A stretch of 62,722 bases of DNA, counting the filler, from Guillardia theta CCMP2712 (lineage: Eukaryota; Protista; Cryptophyta): assembly GCF_000315625.1 (NCBI RefSeq). It is 3 parts of 3 records of this genome, joined end to end, with 100 filler letters (N's around TTAATTAATTAA, not from the genome) between each part and the next. Parts side by side here need not be neighbours in the genome. Positions count along the whole stretch, not along the records: positions 28,083 to 46,903 come from NW_005434658.1; 2 more parts are not named here. The stretch is one strand, 5' to 3'. Position 1 is the first letter of the stretch. Each line of letters starts with the position of its first letter. The translations under genes were made by a program, and so were the position numbers. This document shows, piece after piece, positions 33,400 through 46,517 of the stretch. The notes below the pieces were generated by a model. The model was not told the DNA's origin, did not search any database, and saw only the letters and a list, made by a program, of their open reading frames with translations.

Positions 33400-34570
33400 C
33401 CGCAGCGGCGCTCATGCCCATTGCAAAATCCTGGATCGAGATAGCTGGGTGACGTAACGGGGTGGGTCCATATTTGGGTGGGTGGTAGGTAGTGGGAACA
33501 CCGGTGGTCAGGTGAGATGGGGTACTATTTTCCCACGAGGGTAGTGCAAAATGTTTCCAAAATGTACATGGGGGTGGGTACAGCATGGGGATAAATAGGG
33601 GGTATTAAAGGAAGGTGAGACGTGACACGTTCGCATAGCATATGTGGTCAGGAAGAGGGTAGGGTGGTGGGTTTTGGGGTACTCTCATTTGAAAAGGAGG
33701 GTAAGGGTACGGGATTACCCGTTAAGTACCCCTAGTGTTTACATATGCATGGGCCATAGTGGGGTGGGGGTGTGGCATATAAGGGCTCAAGGGTTTTTTA
33801 TTAGGAGCGTCGACAGCATTGGTAGGGTAGTCTAGGTGGGTAGGCAGTTGTTCGAGGGTGAAAATTAGAGCAGGGGGTAGGGTGTTTTTGTGTGCTGGAT
33901 GGACTGAAAACAGAACAAGGGGTAGGGACATAAAGGTGGACAGGGGTGGGGTGATAATTTTAAGACATCGCGGTGTCTTGAGAGCTTGGTGGGTAGGGGG
34001 TCCACTTGGATTCGGGGGAGGGTGGGTGGTAGAAAATCCGGGGTGGTGGTGGGACCAGCAACCCGCTGTGTAGTAAAGACTTTCTGGATGTTGTAAAGAA
34101 CTTTCTGCGTAAAGCAGAGGACTGCGAATCCGAAGTAGGGGTAGGGGGTATAATCGGACTTAGCAAATACCCCTCCTCCGTCCACCAATTAGAGCTGGAG
34201 TAGACGGGTTATGGAGTTGATGGAGGGGTCACAATTGTGGGTCTGTGGGGTGGTCGGAAGTGTCGAGGGTTGCAATAGAATTATGAGAAGCAGGGGTAGA
34301 AGATTTCACATACGGGTACATCTTCATTTGTGATGGTAGGGGGTGCATCAAGAAAGGAAAATGACCTGCTAAATACACAGAAATAGAGGGGTACTTATCC
34401 TTTGGGTGTGGTGGGGGGGTTCATGAACAGGGGTACATCAATAGATATCCTCATGTTGAGGGTGGGGATCCTTCGGGCGACTCGCGTCCTTTCGTTGCAG
34501 GAAACTTTTCTTCAGGTACCCACCCCTTGTTTTGATGGAGATGGTAGGGGTAGGTTTAAAAAAACAGCAA
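33400..34570. repeat. Degenerate GGGGTA(G/C)-rich intergenic tract
   Basis: Many ggggtaggg, ggggtac and gtaccc motifs. Similar tracts at ~8440-8580, 20590-21130, 38600-38830, 42520-42565 and 53350-53800. Confidence 0.5.
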
Positions 34571-35662
34571 AAAAAGATTTTTGGGAAAGTCCAAAGGAAC
34601 GACGGGATAATCGCGATGGGCAGGGAACGAGTGCGAAGGAGGCAGGGAGAAGAGCGAGGTTTGAGAGAGGGGAGGGGAGAGAGTGAAGGAGAGGAGAGGG
34701 GGAGAGAATGGGGGGGGAGGACAGGAAGAGAATGGGGAACAGAGGGGAGGGAGGGAGGGAATGGGGGATAATAGGGGGATAGTGAAATCGAGAGGTGCAG
34801 TATGGGTCAGTGGGGAAAGGGGCGAGGAGAGAGGTAAGGGAGATGGGGTGTTGTTGGGGGTCGGAAGGCAAGTAGCAAGTGGCGAAAGGGGAGAAACGGG
34901 AGGAAAGGTGTAAGTTGGTGAAGGGAGGAATGGATAGTAAAAGGACAAAGTAGAAGAGGAAATGTTACAAGTGAGCGCAGAGATGATCGTTGCAGATCAA
35001 TGAAACAGGCAGAAAGTCATCAAAGTGGATGAGAAACCCATGGAGGAAAGAAAATGGTGCAAAATGGATGGAGGCCAAGTGGGACAGAGTGTCGAGTGAA
35101 GGTCACCGGGGAGCTAAAGAAGGCAGCGGAGGATGCAAGGAATTTATGACGCAAGGTAGAGAAATAAATTGAAAGAGTGAGGATTAGGATGGGGGGGAGT
35201 AGGTACGAATGGCTCGTTTATGGGTAGTCGGAAGGTGATGACGACGACGACGTGTTATGGTGCGTTCGGATAGCATGTTTTAGGAGTCGGTGCGAATGTT
35301 TTAGATTGGTCAGGCATGGTGAATGTTATGGACCGGGAAAACGCAACTCAACAAAAGTCTCAAGGACACCGATGTTGATGCGAGGATAGAGCAGAGGGGT
35401 TGACCAGCGGCGATAGTGTTTTCTTCACGACTTGCAATGTATTTCTAAATGTCTTTCTTGTTTTCATCAACCTTGTTTTACTCAACCTTCAACACACTCA
35501 CGTCTTTCTTAAATTTTGTTGCCTCTGCCCAATCATTGTCGATTGGTAAATTGTTCCCGGATCTTGCGATCTGGTGGGCATTTCAAACCTGCGGTGGCGT
35601 AAGAATCTTGCATGCAAATAAAATTGCGCAACGCGAGTTTTGCAATCACGAAGGGCACCTGT

Positions 35663-38065
35663 TCAGGCAGAAAGCATCTCAAGCAGCTCGTTCCCAAGTC
35701 TCTCGATATCTTGATGGTTCAAACTCTGCATCCCGTGGGCGATGATGTCTCGTCCTCGCATCTGCCGCATGGCCTGCAAGCTCTCCGGGTCATCCCGGCC
35801 GATGTTAACCAGCGCAGTGCATGCAGCGAAGAAGAACTCTTCGTCATAGCAGTGCCTCTTCGCCGCTGATAGGATACATTCCAGCCCTTCCCGCCATGCC
35901 GCCTGCTTGACTGGCTCTCCAGCGCCGGCGTTGCTTACGAGGATGCAGAGGTTTTGCTGGATTTCCAGGGAGCCGCGATGAGAAGAGGCGATGGCGATCA
36001 GAGCGCGGATGTCTTCGACGCTGAGCTCGGAGCAGGTCAGGTCCGCGTCGGCGAGGTTGACCAGGGAGTGCAATCCCTCGCTCACGAGAGCTTGGTTCCC
36101 CCGGAACTGCGCGACGGCGAGCAAGACTTCCTGGATGACAAGCTGGTCCTGCAGCTCGTCGACCACACCCTGTGACGTGGAGCTAGTGAGGTAGGAGAGG
36201 ACTCCGAGGCCCTCCTTGAGGATGACAAGGCTCTGCCGATTGTTTCTGATGCAGCACATCACACAATCGATGTGGGACGGCTGGAACGCGTCCGCTGCTT
36301 CAGGCTGGTGGTAGAATATCTCGCACAGCACCGCAAGAATCGACGCCTTCGTTGTATCCAGATCCCTAGCGGAAGCATGCCTCTCCAGCTCCCTGAGAAC
36401 CATCGGCAGCACGCTCAACCCTTCCTCCTCTATCAGGATGGAGCACATCTCAGCTCCCTGAGGGCACTTGAGGCAGCTATCGATGCAAAGGAGCCCGTCG
36501 CCGAGGGATTCAACGCCATGATCGAAGTTTGCGGTCTGGTTCAAGATAGTTCTTACTGCCTCCTGCCTCAGCCCGTTGAAGCCGCTACAGCTGCAAACGT
36601 CTTTCAAGACCTGCATGACGGTGACCGTGCTCTCGAAGCATCTGGGATTCTCGTCCATGACCGCACACAATCGGCTCACCAGCCCCGTCTCGTCTATCAC
36701 GCTGTACTCGATCGCTCCATCCTCTCTCTGCAGCACTCCAGAAAGCTTCACGCACTTCTCCAACCATGTCGAGTCAGGCCGCTGAGATTCTTGCACGATC
36801 CTGTCGCAAATATCCTTCACAGCCTCGCCATTCGCTCCCTCCCCCCCCGACCGTCCGGTGCTCCCTGCTCCTTGAAGTTGCATCTCTCCTCCTGGCCCAG
36901 CTCCTCTTAGCATCATGCTCACATAGTCGAACCCCAGCTGGTTGGACGTTGACGTGTCGGTGTCAAGACTCTCCTGATCCGCCGTGCCCGCTGAAAGATC
37001 CTCCGAGCTTCCTCGCCCTCCTGAGCCCGGGGTGTTGTCACTGACTTGGTCACCGTCAAGCACCACGAAGGAGAACAACTCGGCTGCTGCCTCCTTGATC
37101 GCCAAGTTTCCTCCCAGCATCCCAACCACTAGATCAACGAGGCTGAGGCGCTGCTGCCTCACGATGTTTCGAAGCAAGGGGCTGACGCGAGCAAGAGCTC
37201 TGAGTCCGTTGAGCCCTGCCAGGAGGACCTCCGGGTCGTTCTTGTGGAGGCGAACGCCCAAGATGAAGGCAAGAATGTTCTCCTCATCACAGATTCGCTG
37301 AGCCGCCTGCCGATCGCTGGCGACCCACTCGATGAGCTTGCAGGCAGACTGAAAGATGCCTCCATGCTCCTGGTACCCTCGCACCCCCTCCATGGCCAGT
37401 CCGCTGATCTCCTCCCTCAGACTCTCCCCGCACTCTCCCACCGCATATCCTTCCATCTGAACCGCAAGCGCTTTCATTCCGGGCGCCACAGCGCGCTCGT
37501 TCTTGCCAAACCTGCGCAGAGCTTGCACTGTTCTCTCCGGCCCGCCACTCTCCCGCATCAGCTCAGCCATGCCACTCGACGGGTGCATGGAAGCCAGTAG
37601 CTCGCACACGGCCTCCTGCACGGCCTCGTCCAGCACGTCTCTCATGATCGCAACCACTCGCTCCCCCAGCCCTGACCTCGCCATCTTGTGGTAGAACAAG
37701 AAGCTGTCGCACAGCTCCTTCGCACTCAACACGCTGGAAGGCGAGGTTCTTTCGGGGATGAGTGAGACTAGCGCTCTGACCAGCATCCTCGCTGATTCTG
37801 CCTGCTGAGTCGAGGGCAGCGTTGCATCCAGAGCATCCTCCTCCTCTCCCTCCATGATCTTTGTGATGATCTCCTTGATCTCCTCCTCTGAGAAGGTTCT
37901 CACCTCTGCCGCATCCTCCGCTTTGCACACTTTTCTCCCGCCGTCGCAACCGCAAGGATCTGCGCTAAGATCCTCAAATCTGCGCTTCCTCTCGCTCCCG
38001 CTAGTCTGCTCGCAGTCACTGCCATTGATTGTGCTGGCGGCGCTGGCCGTCAGGATGTTGTCCAT
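35663..38065 (-). CDS. Armadillo/HEAT-repeat protein (800 aa, single ORF)
   Basis: Long ORF with ARM-like helical repeats: EGLHSLVNLA, IQQNLCILVSNA, AACTALVNIG, IIAHGMQSL. Confidence 0.8.
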   Translation of the reverse strand: MDNILTASAASTINGSDCEQTSGSERKRRFEDLSADPCGCDGGRKVCKAEDAAEVRTFSEEEIKEIITKIMEGEEEDALDATLPSTQQAESARMLVRALVSLIPERTSPSSVLSAKELCDSFLFYHKMARSGLGERVVAIMRDVLDEAVQEAVCELLASMHPSSGMAELMRESGGPERTVQALRRFGKNERAVAPGMKALAVQMEGYAVGECGESLREEISGLAMEGVRGYQEHGGIFQSACKLIEWVASDRQAAQRICDEENILAFILGVRLHKNDPEVLLAGLNGLRALARVSPLLRNIVRQQRLSLVDLVVGMLGGNLAIKEAAAELFSFVVLDGDQVSDNTPGSGGRGSSEDLSAGTADQESLDTDTSTSNQLGFDYVSMMLRGAGPGGEMQLQGAGSTGRSGGEGANGEAVKDICDRIVQESQRPDSTWLEKCVKLSGVLQREDGAIEYSVIDETGLVSRLCAVMDENPRCFESTVTVMQVLKDVCSCSGFNGLRQEAVRTILNQTANFDHGVESLGDGLLCIDSCLKCPQGAEMCSILIEEEGLSVLPMVLRELERHASARDLDTTKASILAVLCEIFYHQPEAADAFQPSHIDCVMCCIRNNRQSLVILKEGLGVLSYLTSSTSQGVVDELQDQLVIQEVLLAVAQFRGNQALVSEGLHSLVNLADADLTCSELSVEDIRALIAIASSHRGSLEIQQNLCILVSNAGAGEPVKQAAWREGLECILSAAKRHCYDEEFFFAACTALVNIGRDDPESLQAMRQMRGRDIIAHGMQSLNHQDIERLGNELLEMLSA

Positions 38066-39483
38066 TCTGAAACCTCAGCTGGCTCGGAGAAAATGTTGAG
38101 CAAGAGTCTGCGGTGCAAGTGAAAACGCTGAGAACGGAACGAGTCAATGAACAACATCTTTGAACAGAACGAACACAAGCAGGGAAAACGATCGTTGTAT
38201 CACGTAAACTACTGTGGATCATGCAAAGAACAGGTACAAGGAGGAGAGGGAATACAGACAAAAACTTCACCTGCTTTGGAAAAGACAAGATATCTGCTCC
38301 AACTGTAGGGTTGAAGACAGGAAGACGAGAAGGCTTCTGCAAAAGAACAGAGAGAAAGGAAGCAAGAAAGACTTGTACTTGTTCGAAGGGAATGGACAAG
38401 AGGAGGCTGAGAAGAGGAGACGGAGCGAGGGGGAGGATAGCTTTCGCTTGTTCGAAGGGGATGGAGAGGGGGAGGCGGGGAGGAGGAGATGGGGAGGAGG
38501 GACGGGGAGGAGGAGATGGGGAGGAGGGACGGGGAGGAGGAGATGGGGAGGAGGGAGGAGCGGCAGGCTGAAGAACTGGGAAGTGAGGGGGCCCGGGACC
38601 AAAACACTACCCCACCCTGCAAATCAGATATTACCCCCTGTTTGTAGTGTTAAATGCTCTGAAAGTACCCCGTTGTTACTAGAGGTCAGTATGCCCTACC
38701 CACCCTATTGGCATGTTCAACAAACAACTTTGAGATTTCTTAGCACAAATGGAAAGCACCGGGTCCTTTTCCTCATATTCTTAGGTTTTACTGAGGGAGG
38801 GGGTAGGGTACTGGCTGTCAAAGACTGGGTGAAGGGTGCAGCTTTCAAATACTTCTCCTGGATTTGAAATATTCATAAATATAAATTATCAATTTTAATT
38901 CAACATCATCAATCTCAAAGTTTCACATTCCAAGCCTCAAAGTTTCGAAGCAAATTTCTCAAAGTTTTCTAGTAAAGTCTCAAAGTTTGCTAAAATGTCC
39001 CTGCCGTCTGGTGGCAGCCTGTTCAGAAATGTAGCGAGATGGAGGGAGGCGAGGAGGAGACGAGGAGACGAGGAGAGGAGGAGACGAGGATAGGATACGG
39101 GATGATAGGAGGTTGTGACAACATGCATGTCAAGGGAAGGACCCTGACTCTGTTGCTCACCATGAACTTGGGTTTTTAACCCCGATGAATATACGTCCCC
39201 TTCAGTGTGTGTACATTTGCAACATGGCGTGTCCGATAGCATGATGCCGATGTTGCATCCGCAGTTCTTGTGTGAGAAATCAAAGTTGTGTTGTTCCCCC
39301 ACTTTCTTCCAGTGACCGAGATCTTCCCCCGACACTTGCAATTAATGTATTTCAACATCAGGCAATTGGGGTAAATCTCAGGCGCGACACGGTTGGATAG
39401 CAGACGGACACACTTTGGAAGACCTGTTCTTGCATCGCAAGGCGCTTTTTGGAACAGAGCTGGGATAGATTGCCAGCCCTCGA

Positions 39484-40660
39484 ATGATCTCTGCATGCTC
39501 CAAGATCGGAGTGCAATGGGCGCGGCATGCGGTGGTTGCTGGGGTTGGGGTACTGTTCGCCTCGTACCTGGGTACAGCAGCCGCTCTTTTCATGATGCTG
39601 TCCTGAGATGATCTGCAGCTGAGAGGCTGATGCTGTCGGGACGACTCGAGCACTTGAAGGAGTTCCTGTGCTTCTCGGTGATGGAGGGTGTGGGAGAGGA
39701 AGGTTGGATCTGACGAGGAAATAAGATTGTGCGGCTGGCGAAGAGGTACGAGCGGAGGTGCCGTCCGAAGCGCATCTTCGTCGTCAGGCACGGGGAGGTG
39801 AGAGCGCGGGCGCAGGGAGGAGGGATGCTGTTGAGTAGATTGCTGGCAGAGTGAAGGGAATGTTGACAAGTCCTTGTTCGAATGCAAACCGGACAACGAG
39901 CATTCGCTCACAGAGAAGGGGAGGAGGCAGGCGAGAGAAGCAGGTATCCCTTCCTTCTTCCCCACGGGTTCTTGTTGCCAACCAGACGTTGCCCAAGGCA
40001 TGCTCCTCAAGTCCATCATCGGCGACGAGGCCGTCTACTTCCAAGTGTCCCCGTACCGTCGGACTCGAGAAACCTTGAAGGCAAGGAGGCGACGGCTGCT
40101 GCTGTGCCTGACGGGCCCAGCAGGAGATCATCAGTTGCTTCATAGACATCGAGACCGAGTGCAACTGCAGCGCGGCGAGCAGGAAGGGAGGTAGGGACGC
40201 ACTTTCCCAGCTTCTCCCCGCCTGTGACGCCCGAGGCCGCAGGCTCGCAGTCTGAGAACCAGAACCAGTGCATCAGCGACTTCCATCGCATGAACTGCAA
40301 CCCTGCCGGGAGGGCTGCTGGGCTTTCGGTGGACGATGGCGGCGAGGAAGACTGCGGGGGGGAACTGGGCAAACTGTCGTCAGAGGACAGAGGAGCGAGC
40401 ACGTTAGTACCATGCTGCGCTACCTTTCCGAGGATGCAGCTGACTCGCCGCACCTGTAGGTGCTATCTCCGCTGCCGCTCCAACTCTCTGCAGAGCCTCT
40501 TCTCCTCTTACAACGACGTGTACGTTTGGCCCCGCTCTGCCATGTACAAGGTCCGGGAGGACGCCAGGCTGAGGGAGCAGGACTTTGGCAACTACCAGGA
40601 TCTCCTGCATGTGAGTTGCCTGTGAGGAGAAGACACACGTTGCCAACAGATTTGCTTCTT

Positions 40661-40732
<72 letters not shown>

Positions 40733-41968
40733 TTGTTCTTGCTCTCGCTGACGCTTTCCTGTTCCTCCTCTTCCTCCCTCTCTTCTTACTTCGCATCCTC
40801 AACAGATGCAGAAGTCTCTCCAGGATCGCCAGACCTACGGGCCGTTCTGGTGAGCACCGGAAGCTGATTTCTTCAATCCTCCTTGACGCCTTTCCTTCAG
40901 GTATCGATTCGAGCACGGAGAGTCAGGGGGGGACGTGTGGGATAGGTGCGACTGAAAGTCATCTGCCTCCTTCCTTCTCCTCGTCCCTCCCTCCTCCTCC
41001 TCATCCATTCTCCTCCATCCTGCTCCTCCTCCCTCTTCTCCTCCTCATCCATTCTCCTCCATCCTCCTTCTGCTCCTGCTCTCTCATCTATCCTCCTCCT
41101 CCTGCTCCCTCATCTATCCTCCTCCTCCTGAGACGCCCGGCAGGATCTCGGGCTGGTGGGCTTCTGTCTTCCGCGACATGGCGAGGTATCGATATCCCAA
41201 CTATGTCATCGTTACCCATGGAATCACCATGAGGCTCTTCTGCATGGTATGGAGCTCCCTGCCGGCCGGCCGGCCGGCCGACCCGCCTCCCGCCCTTCCT
41301 CCCGCCTGCCCGCCCTTCCTCTCGCCCTCCCGCCCTTCCTCCTCCTTTGCCTCCTCCCCGTCCATTTCCTTTTCCTCCTTTACCTTCGCCCTTGTTCATC
41401 CTTTGGTCACCACTTCACTAATGTCTTCTTCATCCTATTCATTTCATCTTCGCTCTCCCGCCCTCCCCTCCTCCTCCCTCTTCTCCTCTCATATGATCAC
41501 ATGCTCTGGCAGTACTACTTCAAGTGGTCGGTGGAGGAGTTTAGTCAGGTAACCTCCTGTTCTGTCTCCCAACCCTCATCCCCCCAATCCCTTCTCTCAC
41601 TTGTTCTCGCTGTCCTGCTCCTGCTCCTCCGCCCCTCCTCCTCCTCCCTCTCCTCCTCTTCCGCCTCTTCCTCCTCCCTCGCCTCCTCCGCCTTCCCCCC
41701 CGCCATCTCCCTCTCCTCCTCCTCATCCTCTTCCTTACCACTCACTTTCCTCTCCTCCACCTCATCCTCCTCTCCCTCAGGTCCGAAACCCTTCCAACTG
41801 CGAGGTCTGGGAGCTCAGGAGGGACGCGAACTTTCAGTACCGTCTGGTGCTCCTTTCTCCCTCCGCCTGCTGCCAGTCTCATCCCCTCCTCAGGTGTCGC
41901 CAGTCAAGTTGCACAACGGTCAGATCATACCAGAGCACATGACGGTTCCCGTCGACAGCTTGTGCTAG
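39484..41968 (+). CDS. Histidine phosphatase / phosphoglycerate mutase family (Det1-like), multi-exon, N-terminal hydrophobic anchor
   Basis: RPKRIFVVRHGE|SEGNVD, LTEKGRRQA, VSPYRRTRET, DARLREQDFGNYQD, YRFEHGESGGDVWDR, VIVTHGITMRLFCM, NPSNCE. Confidence 0.9.
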
Positions 41969-42586
41969 TCTCGCCCTGCCCCTTGTGCTAGCAGCTCTCA
42001 TCGAGAAGTCAGCGGTCAAGTGCCCATGAGGAGAGAGGAAACTTGAGCAGGAAGACGAGCGATGTTGTCCTCTGATGTTCCGATGGAAAGCATTGTCTCA
42101 TGCATACTAGAAGTTGTCTCAGACAATTGTAACTTCTAGTTTGCATCTTAAAATCTCAGAAGCTCTACAGGTCACGCTGTTCTGTTGGTTCACAAGATTC
42201 TAGATTGATGTGGTGTTTTCAACATGCTTCTGATCTTTACCGTCTCGCTGCTCTCCACGATTTCGCGAAAATTTGTCGACGGTGTGAAGACCCTCCTTGA
42301 CTTGTCCGCCAACGAACTGATAATGCCGTCAATATCCCCGTGTCCTCCTCCTCCTCCTCATCATCATCATCACCATCATCATTATCATCCTCCTCCTCCT
42401 CCTCCTCCTCCTCCTCCTCCTCCTCCTCCTCCTCCTCCCTCTTCTCCTCTCCTCTCGCTTCCTTGCTACCTCTACTCAACTCTACTTCTTGGTTTTCATT
42501 TTTTTTTCCCAGCGGGGCGAGAAGGGGGTAGGGTTCAATTTCGTTATTACTAGGGGGTAGGGTGGTGACCTGCCTCTTGGGGAACG

Positions 42587-43057
42587 ATGCAGCAGGCAGT
42601 GCTAGGTACGGCGGCGAGGAGGATGACGACGACGATGATGGCGGCGACGATGCTGATGCTGTCGGCGATGATGCTGATGATGATCACAGACACGAGCAGC
42701 TACAGCAGCGTCGCCAGCGTCAACCATGCACCGAGCAGAGCGGCCCGTGCTGGGATGTTGCGGCAGAGAGGGCTCATGGGGACCGTGCTCGACGCCTCGT
42801 TCCCTGGAGATGCGGAGGACGACGATCTTGTCTCCGATGCTCCTGTTGCTCCTGTTGATGATCCAGAGGAGGCTGACGGGTCAGGAGCTGTGTATGCCGA
42901 TGTGAGGGATGGAAGCGACGGGAACGAGATCATCGGGCTCAACGACGACCCAGCCATGGCGTACGTTGCGACGGGGAGAGTTTACGATGTACAACGGCAG
43001 GGAACACTCACAGCAGACAAGACGAAGACGAGGAACTACGAGTTTCCTGTGTTCTGA
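42587..43057 (+). CDS. Small hypothetical membrane/secreted protein (156 aa)
   Basis: Hydrophobic Met-rich N-terminal segment, acidic body and coding-like codon usage. Confidence 0.6.
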   Translation: MQQAVLGTAARRMTTTMMAATMLMLSAMMLMMITDTSSYSSVASVNHAPSRAARAGMLRQRGLMGTVLDASFPGDAEDDDLVSDAPVAPVDDPEEADGSGAVYADVRDGSDGNEIIGLNDDPAMAYVATGRVYDVQRQGTLTADKTKTRNYEFPVF

Positions 43058-43551
43058 TGAGATGCTGAGGAGGGGAGGGGGAGGAGAAGGGGCGGGCAGA
43101 GGGGAGTAGGAGTGGAGGAAGTGTAAAATTGTTAAGGTGGTGAAGAAGGAATAGAAGAGAACGATGTTGATGGTCAGATGCAGAGGAAGATTCTTGAAGA
43201 TACAGAGATTCGACAGAGAGAAAGAGAAGGCAACAGAGAGATAACTTTCTCTCTCATCGATCTTGCGGCAGAATGATTTTTAAACCCCGCACGTTGAAAT
43301 GAATAACAGGAAGCTCGCTTGCTCGGCTGCTGCTCTTTCTACCTCACCACCGTCCTCATGAGTTCGATCAGGGCACTTGACAGGACAAGCAAAGATCGCC
43401 ACTTGCTCGCTGGCTGCTCCAGTTGCAAGGATGCCTCCGCGTTACGATGCCGTCTTAGCCGCTCCCTTGGTGTTGCTGTATCCTGTCTTGTCTTGTCTTG
43501 TCTTGTCTTGTCTTGTCTTGTCTTGTCGCTTGACATCTCTTCCTCGCTCAT

Positions 43552-46517
43552 CTAAGTGTAGGAGCTTCCTTCTGTGCTCAGACGAGTGTCAAGTGTTCAA
43601 TCAGGTCTGACACGCGTCACCTTCGAACGTCCCGTATGGGCTGTCTTGGTTGGAGAACTGCTCATACTCGCCCAGCTGAGAGATCAAAGTTAGAATAGCG
43701 AGGAATGCAATCCTTTCTCTGCTGCTGCTGCTGCTGCTGCTGCTCCCCCTCCTCCTCCTCTTCACTTTTCCCCCACCAACTCGCCTCACCCTCCCTCCCT
43801 CCCTCCCTCCCTCCCTCCCTCCCTCCCTCCCTCCCTCCCCATCCCATTTCCTTGTTCTGTGCCATCTCCTCCTCCCACCCTCCCTTCTCCGTCTCCTCCC
43901 CCTCCTCTTCTCTCTCCCTCCCTCCCTCCCTCACCTCCTTAGGGCGAAACAGGAGCATGGCCCAGCAGATCATGAGATAGGCGATGACGATGCTGAGGAT
44001 AAGGGGGATGACGATGATGGTGAATGAGAGGATCCAGTGCAGGCACATCCTAAGGCACAGCAGGAGAACTGAAATCCTGCAGAAGGTTGAGAGACGGGGA
44101 GGAAGGAGAGGAGAAGGGAGAGGAGGGGGGAGAGGGGAGGGAAGTGGAGGAGGAGAACGGGTGGGAGGGAACGCGAGAGGGATGCGAGAGGGAGGATGGG
44201 AAGCGGAGGAGTGGAGGGGGGAGGACAAAGACAGGAGGAGAGGAGAGGGAAAGGAAGGGTACGATGGGGACGGGAGGGAAGGAGCGAAGAGGAGGAGGGG
44301 AGGAAGGGGAAGAGGAACATAGGAGAGGAGGAGGGGAGGAAGGGGAAGAGGAACATAGGAGGGAGGGAGGGAAAAGTGGCGTAGGAAGGAGAAGGGGTAG
44401 GGAGCAGAGAGGAGGAGGGTCATACAGGAGTCCGAGGGCGAGGGTGGCGCGAAGAGCGAAGAAGAAAGGAGCGTATCTACTCGCTTCCTCTTCCAAGGTC
44501 ACGTCCTGCAGGTAGAGTGAGGGAGGGAGAGGAGGGTAGAGTGAGGGAGGGAGAGGAGGGAGAGAAGGAAAGGAAAGGGGGAGCAGGAAGCAGGTTGTTG
44601 ACCTTGTTCTTGCTCTTCGTCTTGAGCCGGCGATGCTCGATAACGTCCTTGAGCATGAGGATGATGGAAAGTCCCGACCAGACGAGCAGCGGGCAGAGGA
44701 CAAAAAACCTGGAGCGACTGAATGAGATGGAGCATGCGACGTTGATGGGATGAGGAAGGGAAGGGGAGGGGGGCGGGGGGGTTAGGGGAGAGCAGAAGAG
44801 CGGGGAGGGCAGGAGACGGGACGGGAGAGGAGAGGAGGAGATGCGAGGGGAGGAGAGAAGGGGAGAGGTGTGGGGGGGAGCAAGGACGGACCATCCGATC
44901 TTAGTGCCATCGAGCTTTAGCGCAAGGAGGACCTGCAAGGAGTATCAGCGGAATAGAGTTTCATAGGACAAGCAGAGATCAGGGAAGGGAGGGGAAGCTG
45001 GTGGAGGTTGAGGAGCAAGAAGGGAGGAATGGAGGGAGGAAGAGAGGAAGAAGGAGGGAGGGGGGGGGGAAGGGGGGGGGGCAGTAGTGAGGAATAGGGG
45101 AAGAAGGTTTTGCCCTGACCAGGAAGGAAACTCTCAAAACTTTCCAGAGGAAGTTGATGAGGATTAGATGACGTGGCATGCCCAGGAGGGATAAAGCCGT
45201 CAAGCCCTCCACGACGAGGATCTGAGAAGAGCCGAAGATGAAGATCAGAAAGATAAGAACATGTGTTAGTATGAACATGTACATAAGTGTTGATATGAAC
45301 ATGTACATAAGTGCTGGTATGAACATGTAAGACGAGAACTCTTGTGCACTGAGGTACATAATCTTGTTGCACAGTCATGACATGACCATGTAACTTAGCA
45401 CCAACAAAAGAGAGAACAACAAGAACATGTTTGACATGACACCCTAAGATGTAACATGACGGACATGAAGTGACGACTCACAGGTNNNNNNNNNNNNNNN
45501 NNNNNNNNNNNNNNNNNNNNNNNNNNNNNNNNNNNNNNNNNNNNNNNNNNNNNNNNNNNNNNNNNNNNNNNNNNNNNNNNNNNNNTCCCCCTCCCTCCTC
45601 CCCCTCCCCCTCCCCCTCCCCCTCCCCCTCCCCCTCCCCCTCCCTCAACCTCCCCTTGCCTCTGCCTCTGCCTCTGCCTCTGCCTCTCCCTCTCCATCCA
45701 ATCAGGCCACCTGCAGCGCCGCGAGCAACGGCAAGACGATACACTCCATCACGATGAGAAACAGGAAGCAGAGGAAGCAGATTTTCTGCCGCTGATTTCA
45801 GACGGCATGCGAAGAGGAGTCGACATCTCACCTGCCCGCTCTCCCACATGAGGATGTTGAGCAGCAAGTGGTCCATGTTGATGTTTGCTAGCCCCTCCTC
45901 TTCCTCCAGCGCCTGTGCACCTCCCATGTCGTAGATCTTTCGCTTCTCCGAGTCGGACAAGACCTGAGAGGAGCAGAGTTGAGGAGGGAGCGAGAGGGAG
46001 GGAGGGAGGAGGCAGAGTTGAGGAGGGAGCGAGAGAGAGGGAGGGAGGAGGCAGAGGAAGGAAGAGAAGAGGGAAAGGAGGAAAGGGTGAAAAGGAGGAA
46101 GGAAAGGAGAGTAAGGGGAGAAAGGAGGGAGTGAATCACTTTGTAAGCATATCCAATCTGCTTGAAGGTGTCGTCCGATCCTTCAGGATTGTTCGCTCGC
46201 TTGTCCGGATGGTGAACCCTGACAGAGAGATCAGCATCGAAACAACCACAAGCACAAGCACAAGCACAAGCACAAGCACAAGCACAAGCACAAGCACAAG
46301 CACAAGCACAAGCACAAGCACAAGCACAAGCACAAGCACAACAGGAACAACATCATCATTATCACCACCACCACCGCCACCACCACCATCATCACATTGC
46401 AAGCTTGTGATAGGCGCGCTTGATCTGCGAGTCGCTTGCATCCTTGGGAATCCCGAGGATCTCGTAAAGATCTTTGTTGGCAACAACGGCCGCCTCGGGG
46501 TCGTCCCACTGGTTCAT
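43552..46517 (-). CDS. DnaJ (J-domain) protein with multiple C-terminal TM helices
   Basis: MNQWDDPEAAVVANKDLYEILGIPKDASDSQIKRAYHKLAM|VHHPDK..FKQIGYAYK|VLSDSEKRKIYD. TM exons include VLLALKLDGTKIGW, CPLLVWSGLSIILML and CLHWILSFTIIVIPLILSIVIAYLMICWAMLL. Confidence 0.85.

Noticed and set aside
38937-39341. 134-aa Cys/His-containing ORF
   Set aside because: No recognisable motif; it runs into a simple repeat and lies in a divergent intergenic region.
42107-42140. Inverted repeat ctagaagtt...aacttctag
   Set aside because: Only 9 bp, with no TSD or second copy; compatible with chance.
45268-45332. About 3 copies of a 24-bp repeat (tatgaacatgtacataagtg), considered as CRISPR
   Set aside because: No spacers or cas genes; it is an intronic minisatellite in a eukaryote.
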